Source: Callorhinchus milii (Eukaryota). From it: a DNA stretch of 64,000 nt. Shown here piece by piece: positions 51,431-64,000 of this stretch (positions within the stretch are counted from its first letter, which is position 1; every line of letters starts with the position of its first letter). Where the stretch lies: the NCBI RefSeq assembly GCF_018977255.1, contig NW_024704743.1:45820001-45884000 (forward strand), written 5' to 3'. Under the pieces are notes generated by a model that saw only the letters and a program-made list of their open reading frames with translations, was not told where the DNA came from and did no database searches. Position numbers and translations under genes: made by a program.

Positions 51431-52796
51431 CATATGTGTTCATGAGAGAATAGCAGGGAACTCAGGTGCAGAATGCTGTGCATGGCTTATCCAGATTGCC
51501 AAATATCCCACAGATACTTTGTTTGTTGTGAAACAGTCATGCACAAGAATACACTTTTTTGTAGGCAATCATGGGAACATCACTACTATTCTGCGCACTA
51601 CAGCTGGTGGGAAGGGAAGGGCAAAGGGGATATGGGGTCTGGGGCTCTGGCAAATAGCCCCAACCATGGGTACTTTTAAAAAAGTCCTGACCAATAATGT
51701 ATTTTTATTCACGAGTCATTGATTGCATGAATCTGAAATTGTTTCATTTCTTCAGAAAAAAAGGCTGTTTTTCTTAAATTGCTTTCTGTGCATTTTCTAG
51801 TAGATTACTGATTGTGGCAATGGTAGAGAGGTTGAAAGTGGCAATCCTCTTGTCTAGTCTAATGCCTGGGGACATGCATTACTTCACCCCTGCTCCCATG
51901 TCTTGTGACTCTTCTGTCACTGTAAATACCTTCTTGTGGACTCATCCTTCTGTGATTGAGCATTACGAGGTGTTTCATGCCTCTCTGGTTAGTCCATAAA
52001 CCAATTAATGCTTCAGAGTAAATGATACCTACAAATTGCAGGACACCAGGTTCAAACCAAGGTTAGGCCATGCAGAGCTCAGCGTCAATAACAAAATGTG
52101 GAGTTGCATTATCATCCCTATTGATTTCCAATTGTACATGCCACTTACCGTTTTCTACCAGTTGAGTGGCACATGTATTCAGGTTTTTTTTGCTTATGGA
52201 CCAAAGGCTATTTTCAAAACCAACATTGTTATTTAGCACTAAAAATCACTATTGTTCTGCTGAATTAGTGATCAGAAAGTGGCTGGACTGTAATTTCCAT
52301 TAACATTTTTACTAACCCTCTGAAACTAACATTTTTCACCAGTTTTACCAGGTACAAAATTAAACAGATTCCAATGGTATTTCACATTGATATAGTCTTA
52401 ATAATTAGGTAAGCAACTTACTATTAAACTCTTATTATGTACACACCATTGCTTGATATGGTTCGACATTCACTTCATTTGCAATCTGTCTAACAAGCCA
52501 CAGTGAATCCTTGAAAGTCTCAGCTTTCCTTCTTTTTCTCTTTACATTGGTGGATGTTATATATATATATATATATGTATTAACCCTCTCCCCAATCCTT
52601 ACCAAGGGACTTCACTGTCCCCCCCAAAAAAAGTCATCAAAAAATATGTGTTGAAAGGAACAAGTTAAATTATTCCTCAATATTTTGCACTACAGTATTT
52701 CATATTAAATTTTAACCCTGAGGTCCAAATTGAAATGGACTTGTAGTTTTGTGGACCTATGGTGTATCTGGGTTCTCTAGGTTTATTCTATTAATA

Positions 52797-52958
52797 TATC
52801 TTTCAGAGCATCCAGAGTTCAGCAAATTATTGAATTCTGTTTTATCTTTGCAGCTCATTTGCTGCGGTGTAATAATAATCCTTACATGAACTTACAGAAA
52901 ACTGAATTAAAGACTTTATTTACGAATTTGACAGATTCTGGATACCCTAAAATATTAT
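52797..52958. repeat. Copy of the palindromic family
   Basis: tttcagagcatccagagttcagcaaatt ... gaatttgacagattctggataccctaaaa. Confidence 0.65.
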
Positions 52959-53089
52959 ATTAATTAGAGTAAATCTAGATCCAGGTAGAATGTAACACCA
53001 TATATGTTTTTTAAGCTAAACAAAGAATTCATTGCTACCATTTTCTGCATTTAGTCTGAATGGTGTTCAAACCATATGTTGAATTTTGT

Positions 53090-53286
53090 TCAAACAAAAA
53101 ATAATAATTTGGTCACTCAATCCACAACTGTTTGTGGGACACTGTTGTGCACAATTGGCTGCCGTGTTTTACCCACAAAATACACAGTCACTCCACTTTA
53201 CAGTATATTCTGTGAAGTGCTTTGAGACGTCTCGAACACGTGATAAGGCATTATATCAAATGCAAGGATTATTATTATTATTATAA
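53090..53286 (+). mobile_element. 5'-truncated SINE (3' half)
   Basis: ctgtttgtgggacactgttgtgcacaattggctgcc...tatatcaaatgcaaggattattatt. Confidence 0.9.
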
Positions 53287-55989
53287 TGGTGTTCTATCTT
53301 AACATTATCCTTTCACCTAGTCCCTTTGTTTGAATGCATCCTATTGTGTGCCTTCTGTCTCTGACTCTGATTTAGAGATTTCTTTGTTTTAATTTAAACT
53401 TGTGATTTTCTAGCAAGTTCCTCACAGGCATGCATTAACAGTCCAAAATACAATATAAATGTAATGATAATGATGGATACAACGTTCCTGAATTGGAATG
53501 AAAGCAATTTACTCATTCAAATATTTCTATTGATTACTACATATTTTCAGAAACATCTTTTCATAAGTTTTAAATTGATATGAGTTTACAGTCTGAAGGA
53601 CATTCAAATATCAAGAGTAAGTATGAAGGGTATCCTCCCCATCTTAGTCTCCTCTTTAAGTTCACATACAGGAGCTGCTCAGACCTACTTCATCTCCCAT
53701 GTTATTTAAGGTACAACGTTTCTTTGATAAATAATAATAATCCTTGCATTTGCTATAGTACCTTATCACGTCTTCAAGACGGCTCAATGCGCTTCACAGA
53801 ATATACTGTAAAGTCAATTGACTGTATATTTTGTACATGTTAAAACAGGGATGCATCTGTTTATTTTCTGAATCTGGTGATGAATTTATAAACACTGAAT
53901 TTGGCGGCATTGTGTTTCATAAGTGAGCAACTCTAGAGGTGAACATTGCGAAGTTGTGAAGTGTCAACATCAATGGTACTAGTGCATTGAATTTTGTGTC
54001 CTTATGATATTTAGCATAGTCTAGTCTCTGTGTTTGCTGGAGTTGGGCCTGCTGTTTCCCATTCCCCTCACCCCTGCACACCCCACCCCCCCCCCCCCCC
54101 CCAACCCCCGACATACACACTTGATTCCAATACCACTTCTCAATAGTTATGCTGAGAAGCTACAGGGATATCCAGGTCATGGATCATAGAGTTTGACTGC
54201 CAGACAACATGTTTAACTAAACCCCCAAAAATCAGAGTAATACTCCCTTTTTTATTGATGAGATGTAGATCTCTGGTCTGAAAAGAGAAGGGAAAAAAGG
54301 TTCAGGTGGCTCAAAGGGTAAATACACCATGTGGTTTAGGACTGAACCATAAAGGAGAGACATATGCAATAGACTGTGTTGATTAAGTTTAAGCAAGTTA
54401 CAACAAAACAACAACTTGCACTTATATAGCACTCTCCATGGAGGGTAGCATCTCAAAGTGCTTGTTAGAGGTTAGAGACAAGGCAACTATATGCAGCCTG
54501 TATGTAGCATTCAGGGGCTAAATTTTCTGCCCTTGATTGTAATTTAGTAAGTTCAACTGAAAATGTCTTTGTGTGGATGTTGGGTGAGGGCAGCATTGGC
54601 TCAACTGCAACAACCCTGTTGTTTACATAGTTGCTGACAACAGCTTGCATTTTATATAGCACCTTTCATACAAGATAGCGACTTGGAACACTGAACAGTG
54701 GTAGGATTGGATGCCAAACAAAGGAGAAAGGGGAGAGGTAACAACAATAACTTGCATTTATATAGGACCCCCTCATGCAGGGTAGTATTCCAGGGCACTT
54801 AACCATAGGTGCAGTTGAAGAGGTAGGTCTGTCTAGTCATGTCCATACATAAATGGTCAGTAAGCCAAAGCATCCGAGAGCTGCCAGTCCCCATCAACAT
54901 CCAGGATGGATTGAGTATGGATAGAAAATGCTTTTTCCCCCCAAAAAGTGTTTTTGTTTCATTGATGACACAAGTGCACTTAGTTTTCAGGCACTGTAAC
55001 TAGCAAAACCATTTAAAATTATAATCAATTTATTGCAGAACTCTAAAACATCATCGGAATGCAAATTCATTTATTGTATTCTAGTACATCTGATAATAGA
55101 TCCAGATTAATTTCAAACAATTGTCTGGGTTAATGTATCACAGCTAATCATAACTAATCTGAATTTAGCAGGTAAAACACAGTTGAAAGATTTTCACACC
55201 AAATCTAGGTGTGAATGGGCCTGTCATTAGGTCAATAAATACATCAAACAGCACGTGACTAGACCTAACTTTAACCTAATCCTTTAATCCCTTCTCACTT
55301 GCATATGTTTTGCACTTTCACTCTTCTTTATTTAATTTTGCTTCCTTATTGTGCATCTGTCTCCCTGACAATACTATGTAATTGCTTCCTTTCTCCATCT
55401 TTTTAATTACTCAATCAACAATTAACTTAAAATTCACTTAACACTACAGTCATCTTCAAGTTTTTAATCATTCTGATAAAATGGGTTGCAGTAATAAGAG
55501 ATCCAATGCACATCATGCACTGAGCTCATGGAATGTTATTGAGTTCATGAGAAAGACGGTCAGACAGATTCATACTTCACCTGCACCAAACATGTTGCCA
55601 GCACTCTCCCTTCCAAACCTCAAGCATACTCGGAACATCCTCCTGATGTGGAAGGTGCTACAAAAAACATTAATTTGCATTGCATTGTGCAGCAAGAAGC
55701 CCATTTCAGGAACATTGCAGACCTGCCTGAAGGCAACAATTTCATGCTGTAGCACAGTTATGCAGACAACAGTTAGTCTGTGGTACTTAATTTGTTAAAG
55801 TTGGCTAAGCCACTGCCTTGTGTGACACTGGGGCATAAGTATTAGGAAGACCCCTAAGATGATCTCTGGCCTGTGTTAACTGATCTCAGTCAGTGAGAGA
55901 TTTGATTTGTTGGAGCACTGCATGAGCTGGGGATGGGAGAGATTAGTCAGAGTTCCCGTTGTTGATCGCTGTTCAACAACCAACAACCT

Positions 55990-56554
55990 TCCTCCTTGTT
56001 GGCCTCTCCAACTCCTCCCTCTATAGAATGCAGATCATTCAGAACTCTGCAGCCTGTGTCCTCTCCAGCACTAGGCTCCTCCACCTTATCCTTCATCCTC
56101 ACCCGACTCCACTGGCTTCCCATCACACAGAGGATACAGTTCAAGATCCTGCTCCTCACCTTCAAAGCCCTCCATGGCCTTGCTGCCCCCTACCTCTGTG
56201 ACCTTCTAACTCCCTACCTACCTGACTGCTTCCACCGCTCAATGGACTGCAACCTGCTTCACGTCCCCCACTTCGCCAGCCCCACCATTGGTGGGCGGAC
56301 CTTCAGCCATTCTGGCCCCACCCTCTGGAACTCCATCCCGCAGTCCCTCGCCTCGCCCCCTCCCTTGCCTCCTTCAAGACCACTCTAAGATCCTCCTCTT
56401 TGACTGTGCCTTCAATCACCCTCCTTCCCCACCCACCTCTCACCCTCCCCAATCCCAATCCCCAGCTCAGATTTGAAACACTGATTGTCCAGCACCTTGG
56501 GATGTCCTCCCGACGTGAAAGGCGCTATACACATGTTATTTTGTTGTTGTTGTT
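55990..56554 (+). mobile_element. L2 3' fragment (lineage A), inserted after an AmnSINE2-like 5' half (~55800-55975)
   Basis: LHWLPITQRIQFKILLLTFKALHGLAAPYL, PTIGGRTFSHSGPTLWNSIP; (TTG)n tail. Confidence 0.94.
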
Positions 56555-57644
56555 CAGTGATGCCTACTGGATAGAGTACCCATGTGAATGTCCGAAGAGG
56601 GCAAATTTCACCACAATGTCATTTGTGATCGACCAGCACTGAGTTCCGAAACTTATGAATGGCCAAGATCCACGTACCCGAGGTTGATCACTGAGCCACT
56701 TAGGACCATCTTGGAAAGAATATTATTTATGAGAAAATTCATAATGTCCTGCATTTGATTGACATGCTGTTGGGCAGCACATTTGGTATTGGTGTGGCTG
56801 TGAGCCCATGCTAAATGTACAGTTTAACATCTGGAAAAGGTGGTGTTGCACATTGGCTATTACACATCAGCACCCAGTGCCCTTCATTTTGTAACTTTCA
56901 AATTAAAATTGAAAACAACTCAGTCAATCCACTGAATCACCTTTAAATTTCCATTAAGGGAAATTAGTTGACAATCCTACCAGTTTCTTTAGATTTCAAG
57001 CAGCCATCAGTGGCATCCAGGCATTTGAATGTGCTGTTTTCCCAGCTCAAGAAGTGAGCCAATGAGTAGTATACTGTCCAATCCCACCACTGAGAAACTC
57101 TTCCAATAGTTCAAGCCTTGGCACATTATATAATTGAACTGAAATGTCCATTTTCTTAAATTAATGCTTCAGCTAAAAAAGGACACTAATAATGAAAAGT
57201 ACTTTTGTTTTACGTTTTGATTTTGGGGTCTGAAGTGCAGAATTCTAACTATAATAAGGATTCCTGTTAGGCCTGCAGGAACTCTGCTTTGCAGAAATAG
57301 ATAGCATCAGAGCATAGCTCCTTTAAGCTGGGATGATATACTTAGAATTTGTGACTTGAATTTGCACATTTTGACACCCTTTGCTATTTTAATATTAGCT
57401 ACTTGAATGTAAAGCCAATAGTAACGTTGTACTTTCAGTTCTCAGTAATATGGAGCCCACTTAACTAGTAATCTGATTAGTTTGCAAAGTAACTGAATAG
57501 ATAACAATGCAGCTTTGAAAAGAAGCAGTTTGGGTTGCTGGTATGTGATGTAAAAGAGTGAGAGGACAGGGACTTATCCTTCTGGTTCCCGACATAGTGA
57601 GATTTTAATTCAGCCTGAAGCTAGGATGAGACTCTTTACAGAAA

Positions 57645-58310
57645 AACAACAACAACTTGTACTTATATAGTGGCGTGCAGAGTAGGCCTCAGAGCACTTA
57701 ACAGTGGTGGAGCCTGATTCCAAGCCGGTGGGACGGGGGAGGTGGCCGAAAGCACGGTCGAAGAGGGCAGTTTTCAGTCGGGACTTAAAAGAGGGGAGAG
57801 AGAGGGCAAGGCGGAGCAATTGAGGCAAAGTGTTCCAGAGTTTCAGGATGTAGTGCTGAAACCGTGACCTCCGATGGAGGGGAGGAAAGTGCGAGGGACG
57901 AGCAGGAGGCCGGTGCTAGTCGAGCGGAGGCGCCGGTGGTGGATTGGGGAATGAGGAGGTCGGAGACGTAGGGAGGTGCCAGGGAGTGAATGGATTTGAA
58001 CACGAGTGTGAGGATCTTGAAGTCGATCTGTTCAGTGATGGGGAGCCAGTGGAGCCTGATCAGAACTGGTGAGATGTGGGTACGGAGTTCGGTCCGGGTC
58101 AGTATGCGGGCGGCAGAGTTTTGAATGAGCTGGATCTTTTGAATAGTGGAGCTGGGGAGTCTGGCGAGGAGTGCGTTGGAGTAATCCAAACGGGAGGTGA
58201 CAAACTCATGTACGAGTGTTTCGGCTACATTTGGGGTAAGGTACGGTCGGAGGAGGGCAATGTGGCGGAGGTGGAAGAAAGTGGTCCTGGTCAGGGACCA
58301 GATGGTAAGA
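57645..58310 (-). mobile_element. L2 3' fragment (lineage B)
   Basis: DYSNALLA..IQLIQNSAARILT..LHWLPITEQIDFKIL. Confidence 0.94.
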
Positions 58311-59028
58311 GGTAATATCAGAGGTTAAGTCACCAGCTCTATAGTACATGTATATAATGCTTGCACTTTAGCACAAGTAGAATCCAGCAAACACATTGCT
58401 CGTCAATTTTCTGGGGCAGGGAGAAAAATGACTAGTTACAAAGAAGGCTTTCTGAGGTGGAAGGTGTATCCATCAATCAGAGATCATTTGGCCCATCATG
58501 TCTGTGCAATTGGTACTTCTGCTTTTTATTGAATAACCATAAATAGAATCAAACAATTTTAAAGCCTCTTTAAACCCTCTTTGTTATTCCCATTTTCTAA
58601 CTCTTCCCTCATAGGCTTAATTTTAAAAAATGTTTTTACTCCATTACATATGCTTAGTAGTAGGCATCGTGCTCCATTTAGTTAGGTGCGCACCATCCTT
58701 CCTGCAGCCACTTCCTCTGCTTCCTCTGATTATCCAGAAACTTGATTCCCTTCTGCACATACAATTGTTGACATTGATTATGCTGCTCAATTTTCCACAC
58801 TCCCAGATAATACAAGAAGTAACTCAAACACCACCACCTTTGACTCGTTCACTTCAAAACTGCTTACCATGTACTCTTGCTTCAGCTCCTCAGATCATCT
58901 ATCCATGATATCATTGGTCCCCACAAGGAAAACCACAACTGAAATAACTCCCTCCTTCCGCATTGTTTCAGCTGCCCTTCCTTTCATATTACTCACCTTT
59001 GCCCCTGGGAAGCAATATACAGCCTTAT

Positions 59029-59391
59029 TTATAATAATAATAATCTTTACATTTGTTATAGTGCCTTATCAAGTCTTCGAGAGGTCTAAAAGCACTTCAC
59101 ACAAGATACTGAAAGTGAATGGACAGTATATTTAATGGGCAAAATGCGGCAGCCAATTGTGCACAGTGGCATTCCACAAACACTCATGAATTAAGTGTTT
59201 TGTGTTTTTTTTAAGGAATTTTTTTTTAAGCGATCCAACAATCGACTAACAACCAGGTTCCTATTTACTGCTCGGTAAACAGAGGCGTGTGGAGTAAGGA
59301 AACTTGCCCAATGTTTTGCCCTGCCCAGGAATTGAACGCAGGTCCTCTCGTTTGCGAGGCGAGTGCTCTAACCACTAAGCTAAGGGACTCC
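59029..59391 (-). mobile_element. tRNA-derived SINE, long form
   Basis: Head, internal block and tail as at 31565-31944. Confidence 0.9.
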
Positions 59392-59459
59392 ATTTATGCT
59401 TTTTTTTACAGAGCTCACTGTCCACAGCCTTTTCTGTTCTGAACGTTTCTCATTTTATG

Positions 59460-59812
59460 AAAGGATTTGATAAAATGGATATTAATAGGTCCAGGATCAA
59501 GCAGTGAGGTGATTTATGGCAAACACGGGAAGCGGCTGCAGGGAGGGAGGGCTCTGGCCTACGCTGACCTGCTGCTGAGCACCCGGAAGGCAGAGTCGGC
59601 TTCATGGGGGGCACATCTATTTGCCAAAGCACCTCGTATGAGGACCTGGATTAAGCAGCTGGTGCTGAGTAATCCTAGTTCGTGGCATTGGACTTGGGCC
59701 TCAAGGACATCAAGGTGGCTGGCACATCACAAACTGTCCTGTAAAGGTCCTGCCACCAAGCAAATTTTTTTTTGGTCAGCCGGGTGTCTGACACATGCAG
59801 AAACCCGTCACC
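59460..59812 (+). mobile_element. Probable RTE-clade LINE 3' remnant
   Basis: SSEVI..KHGKRLQGGRALAYADLL resembles the RTE C-terminal W.P.HGKR..GRP..TY.D.L pattern; last ~50 bp recur at 47482-47531. Confidence 0.45.
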
Positions 59813-59814
59813 AT

Positions 59815-60075
59815 GGTAAAAGGTGGAGATGTAAAAAAGAGTTTAGGAGCATCTTTATGCAGAGGGTGGTGAGAATGTAGCATTCATGCTGGAAGCTTTG
59901 GTTGAAGCAAAACCCATCAATGTATTTAAGAGGAAGCTTGATGCATTCATGAGGGAGAAGGAAATAGACAAGCATAGGAGAAGTTGAGACTCATGTGGAG
60001 TGTAAACACCAGCATGTAGGAGTGACCAAATGGCCTGTTTCCATACTGTAACTTTCTAAGTACTATAATTCTATT
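59815..60075 (+). mobile_element. CR1 3' fragment
   Basis: tttatgcagagggtggtgagaatg, tttaagaggaagcttgatgcattcatgagggagaagg, ccaaatggcctgtttcc. Confidence 0.85.
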
Positions 60076-61137
60076 AACATAGACTCTGTTGAAAATACAT
60101 GGTAATTGATATTTTTCTGAAATGATTACCAGTCCTGGAATAAATGGTGTCTCCCTTTTTTACTCAGTGACTACATACATACCTTAGGAAGCTTCCCTGT
60201 TATGCAGGATTTTCTAAATGGAGGATACTGCTTCGTATAAACACTGAGCACAGCAGAAATGACCTGAGTGAAATCTTATACAAGCTGACTGGTGTATAAT
60301 CTGATTTGTTAGTCCTTTGCATGGAGATGAATCAAACACAGCATCAGCTTGTCTGTCAATCAGAGTATCTGTGATGCTCAGTAAGGGAAGAACCAGTAAC
60401 AAATACAGCTTCTGGTGTTTCTCTGAGCATTGAAACCTTTGTATTGAGAGGATCAATTATTTTCCTCAGTTGGCAGCTGGTCAAGACAATGCACTTAACT
60501 CATTCTTCAATCTCCATTCACTGATCCTTGAGGAGTCAATAAAAGTTCAGATGTAGATCTGCACCCAGGGTTGTCACATGAGTACAATATGTAAACTACA
60601 AGCAAGGTATGATTTCAATCTGTGCTCTGTAACACAACCAACGAGGTTGATGGTGGGGATTGCTCTATTTGTACAGACTAAGCTTGTAGTCCAAATAAGT
60701 ACAGGTATTTATTTCTGTTGCAAATTAGATCGGAGTGTGGATTTCACCAGTACATAGTCCTAAAGCAACCATTTTGTGAATGCAGTTCTACCAGTGAGAG
60801 ACGCTTATAAATACACATTCGTATTGCATTTGTAATGTATTTTACCACCAGGATGTCTAGTGGCTAACTGGCCAAAGGGGGGAAGGACAATTGAGTGGGA
60901 GGAGATTGTGTAGCTGAGCGAGGTGGGAGGTGACAAGATCATGAAGATATTTACAGTCAGGACAAGGATCTTAAACTGCTTTTGAATATTCCTCTCTGCT
61001 CATTATTAATACTGAGCATCAGAGATGTTGGATATATATGTAATAATAATAATTCTTACATTTAATATAGTGCCTTATTAAGTCAAACATCTCACAAGTA
61101 TTTGCTGATAAATGTAGTGAATGTGTATTTTTATTGC

Positions 61138-61505
61138 AACAACAACAACAACAAGATTCCATTTATTGAGCGCCTTTCACGTCGGGAGGACGTCCCAAGG
61201 CGCTGTACAGTTGGGTCAGGACCCGAGCAGGAGGGAAATGGTCAGGATGAGGGAAGGGAAGGGAGGGAGCGAGGAGGGGGTAGAGAGTTGAGAGGGGAGC
61301 TGAAGGCACGGTCAAAGAGAAAAGTCTTGAGACCGGCCTTGAAGGAGGAAAGGGAGGAAGCAAGGTGAAGGCACTGGGGGATAGAGTTCCAGAGTCTCGG
61401 GGCTGAGTGGCTGAAGGCCCGGCCACCGATGGTAGGGCGGTTGGGGCGGGGGATGTGGAGCAGACCGGAGCCAGAGGAACGGAGGGTACGGGCAGGTAGA
61501 TAGGT
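61138..61505 (-). mobile_element. Young L2-A 3' end inserted in a minus-strand Deu-domain SINE (61040-61810)
   Basis: Very similar to 5900-6317; host SINE tail on the left, body and head on the right; possible TTGCA duplication at both junctions. Confidence 0.95.
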
Positions 61506-63759
61506 TGCAGCAGTCAATTTGCACACAGTAATGTGCCGCAAACAGCCATTGTATAAGTGATCGATACAACTAGAGATTTTTTTGCTAGGACATTGGGAAA
61601 AACTCCCTTATCTTTTCAAATCATGCCATGGGATCTTTAACACCCACCCAAACAGATAGACGGTACTGAGGTTTAAAGTGTCATCTGAAGGATAGTACCT
61701 GTAACAATGCAGTGCTCTAACAGCACAAATTGGAATGTGAACCTTGAATGTGGACTCAAAGTCCCATCTTTTGACCTAGAAGGAAGACTGCTACCAACTG
61801 AGCCAGGCCGATATCCCCAGTTCTGTGATCCAAAGCCCTGACTGATATGGTGGTGCTAATCAGAAACTCACCAGTACTTTGTATAGGTGAGACACATGGT
61901 TACCATCACCATTAACCTTAAATCATTATATGACTTAAATCATTATATCACAATTAATCTTAAATCATTATATGACACATAGTGTATTTTTCTGGCAACA
62001 TTGCTTTCTCTTTGTGTATTTTCCTCGCTAGAGAATTCAGTGTGTGTTCACAGTCAGGACATATTGGTCAACATGCAGCAAAATGGGTCAACATGGGTTA
62101 ACTTGATGGCTAGGAAAACCTGTCCAAGCATCGTCTAATAGAATTTGTCTGCTTCTGCCACCTTTTCCACTTGACGTTAGTGTTGTTGCTCTTGCTTGAG
62201 AAATGGAACTTTGAGGTGACATGAGTTTGACATCGACCAGCATGGTTTTAAAAAGTTGGCAGCAAACTCGGCCATCACAGGACTTCCACAATCAAATCAG
62301 CCTGAGACAGCAGCCTTCTTCCAGCAGATTAATCATAATGTAATTTTAATTAAAAGCCACAGTGTCAAAGGGTTTAGCTCTTTGAGAAATGAGTGCAGCG
62401 TAGCGTCAACATATTCACAGTCATTCGAAAGGTGAAAATCACCTATAAGATGTTGTGTGTTTTTAAAATGAACAAATTCTCTGATGAGAATTTTATTCTT
62501 GTAGAAATTGGTACATTTTCATAATGCTTGCTAAAAACTAAACAAAAAATTTGCACAAATATTTTTATACTGATACCTAGAGTAACCATTTAATTAGTTG
62601 GGTTCAAAGATGTACTGGAACACAAAGCTATTTGCAAGAAGTGTGAAACATTGACTCGGTATGCAAATAAAACAATAGCATTCAGACTATTAGTCATCAA
62701 TAAAATACAGATCAGATAAAACAAATCATTTTGTGAGAATAGTGTGTTTTAAATTATCTACAGTTCATTCTCATAGCTTTGGTATTCAGGTGTTAAAGAA
62801 ACTGCTGCAAAAATGGTTTGTGGGACACACCTCCTCTAACACTGGATAACTGATTTCCCAGAAACCATTTTACGCTTATACATTCAGAGAAAGAAATGAT
62901 TGCTTTGTGTAACATAAGAGATCTGAATGTGAAAACCACTGATGCAGCTCAATTTAAAAAAAACTACACAGATCGCAAAGAAACAGCAGCACTGTATGTA
63001 TAATATATAGGAGGCCACGTTATATGAATCTTAATAGCTTCTTAATTTCTGAATCGAGCACAAAACATCTATTTGGGTAAATAGCCCTCAGGCAAATCTG
63101 GAATTAGCCGTTTGTTTGCAGGATTAAAAATGCAGGACTGCATGCTTGTCTTCTAAAATCTAATGAAGATTATAAGCCTTGCTCATACGTTCTCTCTCCA
63201 AATGTGTTGTGTGTCATAAGAAGCATACTACCACAGTTGGCATGATCACTCAGGCGTAGAATAACGAGCTGTAACTTTGCTAAGCTCTTCTGCCAGTCCC
63301 TCAGCCTCCCACTGTTCTGTTATATTGAACTTTAAGCACCACAGCTCTGTCATGCTCACCTTAAGCCATTGGGTATTAGTTCAATAAAGGCCCTGCTGGG
63401 AGACTAGTGTAATGATAAGTGCTGGGGAGACCCTGCTTTCATACTGGGCTCGGATTATTAAATTCATCATCGTGGAGGCAGGGTGCTTGCTCCCAGGCCT
63501 GTGACACTCACAGTTCTGTCCAACTGCTACTGACAGACAGACGCTATATAAAAAAAACACCACAGACTCTGGCAGGTGTTTCACCACAGCCACAAAGCTG
63601 TGGTTTCAGAATTAACAAACACTTACGTCTGGCATTCCCCTTAGGTGTGATTGGAAGATTTGATTCAACATGCGAGTGTAAAAAAATACATTCAGATTTT
63701 CTTTCTGTTAAAGGTGGAATATCTTTGCGCATAAAAGAATGTTTGCTACTCAACTGATC

Positions 63760-64000
63760 AGAAGGATCATTGCATTTGGAAATGTAGGATTTTCTTTACA
63801 CAGTGGTTAATCAACAGCTGGAACAGGTCAATCAGAAAGGTGATTGAGGCATTTAAGCAACAGCTTGGCCTTGTAATGGAGAGATAAAAAGGTGGGTATT
63901 CTGGAAGTAGAAAATAAAATGGATAAAGAACCTTTCCTCATCTGAACCTCTCTTGTGATCATGTCAGTTGTCTGGCCTGAACTATTAGGTAGGCTGTTTT
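63760..64000 (+). mobile_element. Old CR1 3' fragment
   Basis: ttttctttacacagtggttaatcaacagctggaacagg (FF..RV...WN-like), cctttcctcatctgaac. Confidence 0.5.

Overview
Vertebrate non-coding DNA, either a large intron or a gene desert. The repeat set points to a cartilaginous fish, probably a holocephalan such as elephant shark or chimaera (inference). I could not recognise any host protein-coding exon, RNA gene or CRISPR array, and I found no new self-contained biological system. The only convincing coding sequence is retrotransposon ORF2. The window holds two lineages of 5'-truncated L2 LINEs with (TTG)n tails, including a young 2.55 kb copy at 3763-6317. It also holds CR1 LINE 3' fragments, a probable RTE remnant, and three tRNA-headed SINE types: a young chimeric SINE with an L2-type tail, older Deu-domain SINEs and AmnSINE2-like relics. 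Other repeats are a TA-flanked pogo/Tigger-like MITE and an unclassified 160-190 bp palindromic family. Repeat-poor AT-rich islands between them may be conserved non-coding elements. The most unusual signals are recurrent short templated duplications or inversions at LINE 5' junctions, young SINEs whose 3' stem-loop matches the youngest L2, and the palindromic family. Boundaries of old elements were judged by eye and are approximate; family names come from remembered consensus sequences, not a database search.
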